Below are positions 30,512 through 40,289 of a DNA stretch of 64,000 nt, piece after piece (position 1 is the first letter of the stretch; each line of letters begins with the position of its first letter). The notes beneath the pieces were generated by a model. It saw only the letters and a program-made list of their open reading frames with translations, made no database searches and was not told the DNA's origin. Position numbers and translations under genes: made by a program. This DNA comes from Planctomycetota bacterium (GTDB lineage Bacteria > Planctomycetota > UBA1135 > UBA2386), in contig JAEUHS010000016.1 in assembly GCA_016794035.1 (NCBI GenBank), positions 6,536-70,535 on the forward strand. The letters run 5' to 3'.

Positions 30512-31261
30512 TCAGTCGAACACTGCCGCGATCTGCTGTACGTCGACGTTCTCCTTGCCCTGGCGCAGCATCACGTAGCAGACCGAGGACAGGGTGGCGT
30601 TCATCGGCTGCAGCAGCAGCGGGATCGCGATCTCCATCCACAGCGGCAGACTCTCGGCCTCGTACTCGATGCCCGCCACCGAAGCGGTCGACGTCGTCGC
30701 GAACACGAAGGTGCAGAGCAGGACCACGCCGATGCTCACGAGGCCCATCAGCAGCGCGGCGCCGAAGATGGCCCAGCGGGACCCGCGCGTCAGGTCGGAG
30801 CTGCGTCGCATCGCATCGCCGACGCTCTTGTGCTCCATCACCGCGACCGGGATCGCGACGTAGAGCAGCACGGTGGCGATGATGCCTGGCACGACGAGCA
30901 TCAGCGTGCCGATGCCGATGATCAGGCCGGCGACCAGGCTCGTGACGAACACGCGTCCCAACGACTGCATGCCGGCGGTGACCAGCGCGCCGATGCCGGC
31001 CGACTTGCCGTGCATCTGCTGCACGACGCCGTAGGTCAGTGCGCCGGTCAGCACCATGCTGAGCACGGTCTGCAGGATCGAGCTGATCGCTTCACCGCCG
31101 GGCGTCGGGACATCCTGGCGCAGCAGGATGCGCAGCACGATCCACGGTGCCAGCACCAGCGCGCTCAGTGCCGCGAACGGCAGCAGGTTGCGCAGGTAGA
31201 TGCCGAGGGACTTGCTGACGAAGGCGCCGAACGGCAGCGAATACGTGGACGGTGTGGCCAA
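30512..31261 (-). CDS. polytopic membrane protein of unknown function
   Basis: ORF 30512..31537 trimmed to TTG 31261, with GGAAGAGG just upstream. There are 5-6 hydrophobic helices. The ORF upstream of 31261 is Arg/Ala junk. Confidence 0.6.
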   Translation of the reverse strand: MATPSTYSLPFGAFVSKSLGIYLRNLLPFAALSALVLAPWIVLRILLRQDVPTPGGEAISSILQTVLSMVLTGALTYGVVQQMHGKSAGIGALVTAGMQSLGRVFVTSLVAGLIIGIGTLMLVVPGIIATVLLYVAIPVAVMEHKSVGDAMRRSSDLTRGSRWAIFGAALLMGLVSIGVVLLCTFVFATTSTASVAGIEYEAESLPLWMEIAIPLLLQPMNATLSSVCYVMLRQGKENVDVQQIAAVFD

Positions 31262-31374
31262 GGGATACCTCTTCCGGAGTGGCTCGTTCTTGTAGCCGGC
31301 CACGGCTCGTGGGCAACCTTCGACCCCGCCCCGTTGCAACAGGTACCGTGACCCGGCTAGCGTGGCGGCCGCGC

Positions 31375-32076
31375 ATGCCATTCCTGCGGGGACTCGCGGT
31401 TGCAGCCCTCCTGCTGTCCGGGATCGCGGCGCAGGACGTGCCGAAGGACGCGGTCGCGCGCGTGCTCGAGCGCGGCAAGTGCCAGACGGTGTTGCCCGGC
31501 GAGCACGGCGCGCCCGGCGGGAGTGGCGCACCGCCACCGCGCGCCGAACCGACGCGTCGCGGCGAACGCTCCGGCGCGCCGGGTGGCTTCTGGAGTTCGG
31601 GCGGGCTGGGCCTCGGCCCCGACTTCGCCGTCACCCTGCTGTGGCTGGGGGTGCCGCTCGCGGCGGTGCTGCTGATCGCCGCGATCGCGCGCAGCTGGCG
31701 CGGCCGCCGCGAGCCGGCGACGGTCGCGGCCAGGGTGCGCGCCGCGCCCGTGCCCGATCCCGGGCCGGCACCGGAGCCGCTGCCGGACCACGAACGGCTC
31801 GCCGCGGCCGGAGAGTTCGGCGCCGCGGTGCACGCGCTGCTGCAGCGCGCGTTCGCGGCCTGGATGGCGCAGCGCGGCGGCCTGCCGCCGCACGCGACCG
31901 GCCGCGCGGCGCTGGGGCTGGTGCGCAAGCAGGCCGCGACCACCGAGCCGTTGGCGCAGCTGGTCGCCGCCGTCGAGCGGGTGCACTTCGGCGGCCGGCC
32001 GGCCGACCGTGCGCAGTACGAGACCTCGCGCCTGCACCTGCAGCAGTGGGAGGTCGCGTGTCGGCCGGCGAAGTGA
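31375..32076 (+). CDS. DUF4129-like membrane protein (first gene of the MoxR operon)
   Basis: ORF 31252..32076 trimmed to ATG 31375 (MPFLRGLAVAALLLSGIAAQ). A central TM helix. The C-terminal HATGRAAL...VERVHFGGRPADRAQYE is typical of DUF4129. Confidence 0.6.
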   Translation: MPFLRGLAVAALLLSGIAAQDVPKDAVARVLERGKCQTVLPGEHGAPGGSGAPPPRAEPTRRGERSGAPGGFWSSGGLGLGPDFAVTLLWLGVPLAAVLLIAAIARSWRGRREPATVAARVRAAPVPDPGPAPEPLPDHERLAAAGEFGAAVHALLQRAFAAWMAQRGGLPPHATGRAALGLVRKQAATTEPLAQLVAAVERVHFGGRPADRAQYETSRLHLQQWEVACRPAK

Positions 32077-33264
32077 GCCTGTTCTCGCGCCGCGCCACGC
32101 TCGCCGTCGGCGGCGCGGCGGTGCTGTCGCTGCTGGCGGCGTTCTACCTGCTGCTGTTCCCCGGCGAGGGGCAGGGCGTGCGCGGCGTCGGCCCGCACGG
32201 CTACAGCCGGTCGGCGATCGGCCACTTCGGCGTGATCCGCCTGCTGCGCGAGCTCGGCGAGCCGGTGCTGCAGCTGCGCATGGCGCGCGACCTCGGCGAG
32301 TGTGGCCTGCTGGTGCTGGCCGAACCGAACGAACTCGACCGCCGCGACGATGCGCGCGTGGTGACGTGGCTGCGGCAGGTGACGGCGCTGCTGCTGGTGC
32401 TGCCCAAGCGCGAGGGGCGCGCCGACTTCGATCGCCCGGACTGGCTCGGCGAGGTCGAACTGCTGCCGCAGCGCGACGTCGAGCAGGTGCTCGAACACCT
32501 CGGCCGCTGGCTCGACGACACGCCGCCTCAGCTGGTGCGCGTCGACGCCGCGCACCACTGGTACTCGGTATGGCACGGTCCGGAGCCGACCCTGGTGGGG
32601 CCGGTGCAACTGCTCGATGCCAACGATGCGCGCATCCGGCCGTTGTGGTCCTGTGACGAGGGCGTGTTGCTGGGCCTGATCGGCCAGATGCTGGTGCTCA
32701 GCGACCCCGACCTGATCGCCAACCACGGCCTGCCGCGCGGGGACAACGCCGCGGCGGTGGTGCAGATGCTGCGCGAGGTGCGTGGCGCGGGCGCGATCGT
32801 GTTCGACGAGACGCTGCATGGCCACGAGATCGAACCGAGCATCTGGCACGCGGCCGGTCAGTACCCGTTGGTGCTGGTGCCGGTGCACCTGCTGCTGACG
32901 ATGGCGCTGGTGCTGTGGCTCGCCTACGGCCGCTTCGGCGCCGCGCTGCCGATGCCGGCCGCGATCGCCGCCGGCAAGCAGTTCCTGATCGACAACACCG
33001 CGGCGCTGCTGCGCCGCGGCGGCCACCACGGCCCGTCGCTGCGTCGCTACGCCCGGCAACGCGTGCGCGCGATCGCCGAGGCCCTGCACGCCCCGTCCGG
33101 CCTCGCCGACGGGCCGTGCCGCGACTGGCTGCTGACGCGGGTGCACGATCCCGCGCGCCGCCGGCGACTCGCCGAGCTGCTCGACCTCGCCGCCACGTCC
33201 CTGCCCGCGCGCGACGCGCTGGCGACCGCGCGCGGCATCCGCACCCTGACCGAGGAGATCCTGC

Positions 33265-33278
<14 letters not shown>
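32058..33278 (+). CDS. DUF4350-like membrane protein
   Basis: This is the real 3' part of ORF 31362..33278. GTG 32058 has GGGAGG 5 nt upstream; the alternative GTG 32073 forms a GTGA overlap. N-terminal TM helix, LLVLAEP and DPDLIANHGL motifs, and a second TM helix. Confidence 0.6.
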
Positions 33279-34211
<933 letters not shown>

Positions 34212-34215
<4 letters not shown>

Positions 34216-35522
34216 TCCGGCCGACCGGACGCGCGTTGGGCGTGCTGGCGGCCGGCCTGCCGCTGGCGGCGCTGCCGACGCTCGCCGGCGCGCCGGGTGC
34301 CGCCGTCTACTGGCTGTCGTTCCTGATCGCGACGGGCGCCGCGCTCGCGCTCGAACTGCTGCGGCTGCCGCCGGCGCGTTCGATCGCGGTCGAGGTGGTG
34401 GCGCCGCCGGTGGTGCTGTTCGGAGCGCCGGCGTCGGTCGGGGTCACGGCGACCTCGACGCGCACCACCGACGTCGAGCTGCAGGTCGCCGCCGGCGGCG
34501 ACGTCGAGCCGCCGCCGCGCGCGTGGCTCGCGGTGCGGCCCGGCGGCGTGACCACGGCCGCGCTGCCGCTGGTGCCGCGGCGGCGCGGCACGATCACGCT
34601 GGTCGCCAGCCACGTGCGCTGGCGCGGTCCGCTCGGGCTGCTGTGGTGCGAGGTCGAACGGCCGCTCGGCGTGCGCGTGCCGGTGGTCACCGACGTCGAG
34701 TCGGTGCGCCAGCGCGCGCTGCGCATGGCCACCAACCGTGAGTTCCAGATCGGGCTCAAGGTCGAGCGCTACGTCGGCGACGGCAGCGAATTCGATTCGC
34801 TGCGCGAGTTCGTCACCGGCATGGACCGCCGCGCCGTCGACTGGAAGGCCTCGGCACGCCACCGCCAGGTGCTGTGCCGCGAGTTCCGCGCCGAGCGCGA
34901 CCACCCGGTGATGCTGTGCATCGACACCGGCCGCCTGATGGGCGAGCCGCTGGCCGGCATGCCGCGGCTCGACCATGCGATCCGGCTGGCGCTGCAGCTC
35001 GGCTACGTCTGCCTGCGCACCGGCGACCGCGTCGGCCTCTACGCGTTCGCCGACAAACCGCAGCAGGTGGTGCTGCCGCGCGCCGGCGTGCACGCGCTGC
35101 AGGCGATCCAGGGCCGCATGGCCGGACTCGACTACTCGACCGCGGAGACGAACTTCACGCTGGCGATGACCGAGCTGCTGCAGCAGCTGCGGCGTCGCAC
35201 GCTGGTGGTGCTGTTCACGGACTTCGTCGACAGCGTCACGGCCGAACTGATGCTGCGCAACGTGCGCTGGCTGCTGCGCCGGCACCTCTTGCTGTTCGTC
35301 GCGATGCAGGACCCGCTGCTCGGCGAGCTGTCGCGGCGCGAGCCGGCCAGCATCGAGGACCTGCACCGCGCGGTGACCGCCGAGGAGATCCGGCGCGAGC
35401 GTCTGCTGGTGCTCGAACGCATCCGCCGCAGCGGCGCCCAGGTGCTGGACGCGACCGTCGCCGAGCTCGGGCCGGGGTTGATCGACCGCTACCTGCAGGT
35501 CAAGCGCCGGGAGCTGCTGTGA
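34212..35522 (+). CDS. DUF58 domain protein (VWA-like partner of MoxR)
   Basis: This is the real 3' part of ORF 33909..35522. ATG 34212 overlaps the MoxR TGA (ATGA). Two N-terminal TM helices. GDGSEFDSLREFVTGMDRRAVDWKASAR is the typical DUF58 core. Confidence 0.85.
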
Positions 35523-36517
35523 GCGCCGCCGCGAACACGCCGTGGTCGGTGCAGTTCCGCCGCGAACGGCAGGCGGCGTGGATCGAGCTCGAGGACCTCG
35601 TCTCACGAGCCGAACGCAGCGGCCTGCAGAGCCTCGGCGCCGAGAAGATGGCGCGCCTGCCGGTGCTCTACCGCGCCGCGCTGTCGTCGCTGGGCGTCGC
35701 GCGCGCGTCGGTGCTCGATCAGGGACTGCTGCAGCACCTCGAGTCGCTGGTGGCGCGCGCCTACCTGGTGGTCTACTCGCCGAAGCGCCGGTTCGGCGAG
35801 GTGCTGGTGCCGTTCCTGGTGCACGGGTTCCCCGGCGCGGTGCGTTCGATCCGCTGGCACGTGCTGGCGTCGGGGCTGCTGCTGCTGCTCGGCTCGGCGA
35901 TCGCGTTCGCGATGGTACGCGCGGATCCGGAGCAGTACTACCTGTTCGTCGACTCCGGCATGGCGGCCGGTCGCGACCCGACGGCGTCGACGGAGGCGCT
36001 GCGCGCGACGCTGTTCAGCGGCCGTGACGACGACGGGCTGCTCACGTTCGCGACGTTCCTGTTCACGCACAATTCCTCGGTCGGCATCCTGACCTACGGC
36101 CTCGGCTTCGTGCTCGGCCTGCCGGTCGCGCTGCTGCTGCTCTACAACGGCATGATGCTCGGCGCGATGACCGCGCTGTTCCACGACCGCGGCCTCGCCG
36201 TCGAATGGTGGTCGTGGATCCTGCCGCACGGCGTCACCGAACTGCTGGCGATCGTGCTGTGCGGCGCCGCCGGACTCGCGGTGGGCCAGCAGGTGGTGTT
36301 CCCCGGCGTGCACGCGCGGCAGCACGGCCTGATGCTGGTCGGCCGGCGCATGGGCGCCGTCGTCGCCGGCAGCGTCGCGATGCTGCTGCTCGCCGGCCTG
36401 ATCGAAGGCGTGTTCCGGCAGATCGTGCACAGCGTGCCGGTGCGCTACACGCTGGCCGCGGTGTTCGCGCTGCTGTGGACGGCCTACCTGGCCCTGTCGG
36501 GGCGGAGCCGCGCGTGA
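35519..36517 (+). CDS. stage II sporulation protein M-like (SpoIIM/DUF95) membrane protein
   Basis: This is the real 3' part of ORF 34874..36517, with a GTGA overlap at 35519-35522. Motifs FLFTHNSSVGILTYGLGF...PHGVTELLAIVLCGAAG. Confidence 0.75.
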   Translation: MSAAANTPWSVQFRRERQAAWIELEDLVSRAERSGLQSLGAEKMARLPVLYRAALSSLGVARASVLDQGLLQHLESLVARAYLVVYSPKRRFGEVLVPFLVHGFPGAVRSIRWHVLASGLLLLLGSAIAFAMVRADPEQYYLFVDSGMAAGRDPTASTEALRATLFSGRDDDGLLTFATFLFTHNSSVGILTYGLGFVLGLPVALLLLYNGMMLGAMTALFHDRGLAVEWWSWILPHGVTELLAIVLCGAAGLAVGQQVVFPGVHARQHGLMLVGRRMGAVVAGSVAMLLLAGLIEGVFRQIVHSVPVRYTLAAVFALLWTAYLALSGRSRA

Positions 36518-37386
36518 GCACGGCCGCATGGACCGAGACCGTGACGACGCCGGAGGGCTTCGAGCTGCGCTTCGGTCGCGCCGCGGCCAGCGAGCGCCTG
36601 GTGGCGCTGGCGATCGACCTCGGCCTCGTGCTGCTCGCCGCGTTCGTGGCGGGCCTCGTGCTGTACTTCACGCTCGGCGTCGGCGCCGCGCTGCTGCTGT
36701 TGTTCCTGCTGCGGCAGGGCTACTTCGTCTGGTTCGAGACCCGCTGGAACGGCCGCACGCCCGGCAAGCGCCTGTTCCACCTGCGCGTCGTGCGCGCCGA
36801 CGGCGGGCCGCTGACCGTCGAGACGCTGCTGGCCCGCAACCTGACGCGCGAGGTCGAGCTGTTCCTGCCGCTGACCCTGCTCGCGAACCCCGACGTGTTG
36901 TTCGCGGACCACACCGGCTGGGTGCGGCTCGCGGCGTCGCTGTGGATCCTGCTGTTGCTGTTCTTCCCGCTGACGAATCCGCATCGGCTGCGCATCGGCG
37001 ACCTGCTGGCCGGCACCCGCGTGGTGGTGTCGCCGAGCGTGGCGCTGGTGCGCGACCTGGCCGATGCCCGAGCGGCGGCGGGCGTGCGCGAGCCGGAGCC
37101 GCTGTTCCGCTTCTCGCCGGAGATGCTGGCGATCTACGGCGAGCGCGAACTGACCGTGCTCGAGGAGGTGCTGCGCAAGGCGAAGCGCTCCGCCGATCCG
37201 GTGGTGGTCGAGGTGGCGCGCAGCATCTGCCGGCGCATCGGCTGGACCGACGAGGCCGCGATCGGCACCGACCACGCGAGGTTCCTGCGCGCGTTCTACG
37301 CCGCCCAGCGGCAGCACCTCGAGCAGCAGCTGCTGCTCGGCCGGCGGCGGCTGCGCAAGGGTCCGAAGGGGCGCCGCCCGGGCTGA
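36514..37386 (+). CDS. RDD family membrane protein
   Basis: This is the real 3' part of ORF 36205..37386, with a GTGA overlap at 36514-36517. Motifs ERLVALAIDLGLV, RTPGKRLFHLRVV and RIGDLLAGTRVV. Confidence 0.75.
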   Translation: MSTAAWTETVTTPEGFELRFGRAAASERLVALAIDLGLVLLAAFVAGLVLYFTLGVGAALLLLFLLRQGYFVWFETRWNGRTPGKRLFHLRVVRADGGPLTVETLLARNLTREVELFLPLTLLANPDVLFADHTGWVRLAASLWILLLLFFPLTNPHRLRIGDLLAGTRVVVSPSVALVRDLADARAAAGVREPEPLFRFSPEMLAIYGERELTVLEEVLRKAKRSADPVVVEVARSICRRIGWTDEAAIGTDHARFLRAFYAAQRQHLEQQLLLGRRRLRKGPKGRRPG

Positions 37387-37438
37387 CGCAGCCGCAGCGT
37401 TGCACCGGCCCGGCGCACCGGCATCATCGGGCGGCTCC

Positions 37439-38617
37439 ATGGTCGAGACCGCGGATCTGGTCGTCGTCGGCGGTGGCATCGTCGGCTGCTCGGTGGTGCA
37501 CCAGCTGGCGCGACTGCTGCCGAACACGACGCGCATCGTGCTGGTCGATCGTGGCCCGATCGCCGGCGCGACGTCGGGTTCGTCGATGGGGCACCTGATG
37601 GTGACGCCGGACGACGCCGCGGCCTACGCGCTGACGATCGCCAGCGTGCGGCTGTGGCGCGACCTGCAGCAGCGCCGCGGCGGCTTCCACTACCAGGCCA
37701 CTGGTGCGCTCTACCTGGCCGACACCGACGCGGACGTCGCGATGCTGCCGGTGCTGCGCGATCAGTTCGTCGCCCGCGGCGACTCCGCCGAGCTGCTCGA
37801 TGCGCGACAGCTGCGCGACCTCGAACCCGGCCTCGCGCCCGACCTGCAGGCGGCGACGTTCTATCCCGGGGACGCCGTCGTACTGCCGATGCTGGCCTGC
37901 GGCGTGATGCTGCGCGAGGCGCAGGCCGCGTGTCCCGGGCTGGTCGTGCGGCCCGACTGCGCGGTGCTCGGCTTCGACCGCGACGGCGACCGCCTCGCCG
38001 CGGTGCGCACCGCGCAGGGCACGATCGCGACCCGCACGGTCGTCAACGCGACCGGCGTCTGGGCGCCCGACCTCGCCGAACTGCTGGGCCAGCCCAGGCT
38101 GCCGATCTTCCCGCGCGCCGGCAACCTGGCGATCACCGGCCACCACGGCACGCCGGTGCGCACGCAGCTGCTGGAGGTGAGCTACTTGCGCTTCGCGCAC
38201 GGCGCGGCGGCCGTCGACCCGACGCGCACCGACGACCGCGGCGGCCACGCCGTCAACGTGCAGCCGCAGAGCAACGGCAGCTGCCTGATCGGCAGCACGC
38301 GCCAGTTCCGCGGCATGGACCGCACGCTGAACCGCGAACTGCTGCACCGCTCGCTGCTGCGCGCGCAGCGCTACGCGCCGGGCCTCGCCGCGGCGCCGAT
38401 CGTGCGCACCTGGGTCGGCCTGCGGCCCTACGCGATCGACAAGCAGCCGCTGATCGGGCCGTGGCCGCCGGTGCCGGGCCTGTGGATCGCGGCTGGACAC
38501 GAAGGCCTCGGCATCACGCTCGGACCGATCACCGGCCGCCTGCTGGCGCAGCAGATCGCCGGCGTGCCGTGCGACGTCGACCCGACTCCGTACCTGCCGG
38601 CGAGGTTCTGCGCATGA
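37439..38617 (+). CDS. FAD-dependent oxidoreductase, DAO family (HcnC / opine oxidase B / D-hydroxyproline dehydrogenase beta-like)
   Basis: ORF 37400..38617 trimmed to ATG 37439. DLVVVGGGIVGCSVVHQLA (a GxGxxG FAD fold) and AAGHEGLGITLGP. Confidence 0.82.
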   Translation: MVETADLVVVGGGIVGCSVVHQLARLLPNTTRIVLVDRGPIAGATSGSSMGHLMVTPDDAAAYALTIASVRLWRDLQQRRGGFHYQATGALYLADTDADVAMLPVLRDQFVARGDSAELLDARQLRDLEPGLAPDLQAATFYPGDAVVLPMLACGVMLREAQAACPGLVVRPDCAVLGFDRDGDRLAAVRTAQGTIATRTVVNATGVWAPDLAELLGQPRLPIFPRAGNLAITGHHGTPVRTQLLEVSYLRFAHGAAAVDPTRTDDRGGHAVNVQPQSNGSCLIGSTRQFRGMDRTLNRELLHRSLLRAQRYAPGLAAAPIVRTWVGLRPYAIDKQPLIGPWPPVPGLWIAAGHEGLGITLGPITGRLLAQQIAGVPCDVDPTPYLPARFCA

Positions 38618-38880
38618 CCGCCGACGCGCGCGGCGCGGTGACGTTCCGGTTCGGTGGCCGCGAGGTCCGCGGACGCGAGGGCGACACGATCGCGATGGCG
38701 CTGTGGGCCGCCGGCGAGCCGGTGCTGCGGCGCAGCTCCAGCCTCGGAGCGCCGCGCGGCTTGTTCTGCAACATGGGCGTCTGCTACGAGTGCCTCGTCG
38801 CCGTCGACGGCCGCACCGTGCGCGCGTGCACGACGGTCGTGCGCGAGGGCATGCAGGTCGAACCGGGAGGCCGGCCGTGA
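38614..38880 (+). CDS. small (2Fe-2S)-binding subunit (HcnA-like)
   Basis: This is the real 3' end of ORF 37654..38880, with an ATGA overlap at 38614-38617. FRFGGREVRGREGDTIAMALWAAG...GLFCNMGVCYECLVAVDGRTVRACTT. Confidence 0.8.
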   Translation: MTADARGAVTFRFGGREVRGREGDTIAMALWAAGEPVLRRSSSLGAPRGLFCNMGVCYECLVAVDGRTVRACTTVVREGMQVEPGGRP

Positions 38881-40262
38881 CCGACGCGCGGGTGCTCGAC
38901 GCCGACGTCGGCGTCGTCGGCGCGGGACCGGCGGGCATGGTGGCGTCCGCGCGACTCGCGGCGGCGGGGCTGTCGGTCGTGGTGCTCGACGAGGGCCAGC
39001 GCGCCGGCGGCCAGATCTTCCGGCAGCTGCCCGGCGGCGCCCCGCACCCGGCGCGCGGCGCCGAGCCGCCGAGCCACGCGCGCGGCGACACGCTGCTCGC
39101 CGCGTTCGCCGACCGCGACGTGACGCTGCGCCGCGGCGCGACCGTCTGGGACGCGCGACCGGGGCGGCTCTGGTTCGAACAGGACGGCGCCTCCTGGCTG
39201 CTGCGCTGCCGGCGCATCGTGCTGGCGCCGGGCGCCTACGACCGCTGCGTGCCGTTCCCGGGCTGGACGCTGCCCGGCGTCGTCACCGCCGGCGCGCTGC
39301 AGGTGATGGTGCGCGGTTTCGGCGTCGTCCCGGGCCAGCGGGCGCTGGTCGCCGGTTCGGGCCCGCTGTTGCTGCCGACCGTGACCGCGTTGACCGGTGC
39401 CGGCGTCGAGGTCGTCGCCGCGCTCGAAGCGAGTTCGCGCTGGCGCGCGCTGCGCGCGCTCGGCGGCGTGCTCGGCAACGGCGGCCGGCGGCGCGAGGCC
39501 GCCTGGTACGCGCGCCGGCTGCTCGGCGCCGGCGTGCGGCTGCGCTGGGGCTGGACCGTGTTCGCCTGCGAAGGCGACGGCCGCGTGCAGCGCGCCGTGA
39601 TCGGCAAGGTCGATCGTGACGGCCGGCCGCGGCGCGACACCGCGCGCACGATCGAGGTCGACGTCGTCGGCGCCGGCTTCGGTCTGGTGCCGTCGATCGA
39701 ACTCGGTCTGCGGCTAGGCTGCGCGGCGCGGTTCGTCGCCGCGCGCGGCGGCCATTGTCTGGTCGTCGACGGCGCGCAGCGCACCAGCGTCCCCGAGGTG
39801 CTCGCCGCCGGTGAGATCTGCGGCGTCGGCGGTGCCGAGGTGGCGATGGCGGAGGGGGACGTGGTCGCCGGCACGATCCTGCACGAACTGCGCGGCATCG
39901 CGCCACCGGCGGCGGCCGGCCGCCGCGCGGCGGCCGAACGCCGCGCCGCCGATCGGCTGCTGGCGGCGTTCGCCCCGCTGCCGGGCCTGCACGAACTGGC
40001 GACGCCGGCCACGATCGTCTGCCGCTGCGAGGACGTGACGCTGCAGCAGGCGCGCGACGCGGCGGCGCTGCACGGCACGTCGGCGCGCGCGATCAAGCTC
40101 GGCTGTCGCGCCGGCATGGGGCCGTGCCAGGCCCGCATCTGCGGCCCGTCGCTGCAGGCGCTGGCGGCGGGGCGGCCGGACCAGCCGATGGACCTGCCGG
40201 TCGTGCAGCTGCCGGTCAGACCCGTGACCACCGCGACGATCCTGGCCGCGCCGGCCGGCTGA
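38877..40262 (+). CDS. NAD(P)/FAD-dependent oxidoreductase subunit with BFD-like [2Fe-2S] motif (HcnB / opine oxidase A-like)
   Basis: This is the real 3' part of ORF 38703..40262, with a GTGA overlap at 38877-38880. VGVVGAGPAGMVASARLA, a second dinucleotide fold ALVAGSGPLLL, and CRCEDVT...CRAGMGPCQARIC. Confidence 0.8.
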   Translation: MTDARVLDADVGVVGAGPAGMVASARLAAAGLSVVVLDEGQRAGGQIFRQLPGGAPHPARGAEPPSHARGDTLLAAFADRDVTLRRGATVWDARPGRLWFEQDGASWLLRCRRIVLAPGAYDRCVPFPGWTLPGVVTAGALQVMVRGFGVVPGQRALVAGSGPLLLPTVTALTGAGVEVVAALEASSRWRALRALGGVLGNGGRRREAAWYARRLLGAGVRLRWGWTVFACEGDGRVQRAVIGKVDRDGRPRRDTARTIEVDVVGAGFGLVPSIELGLRLGCAARFVAARGGHCLVVDGAQRTSVPEVLAAGEICGVGGAEVAMAEGDVVAGTILHELRGIAPPAAAGRRAAAERRAADRLLAAFAPLPGLHELATPATIVCRCEDVTLQQARDAAALHGTSARAIKLGCRAGMGPCQARICGPSLQALAAGRPDQPMDLPVVQLPVRPVTTATILAAPAG

Positions 40263-40289
40263 GGTCCGCGGCCGTTATCATCCGCGGCG

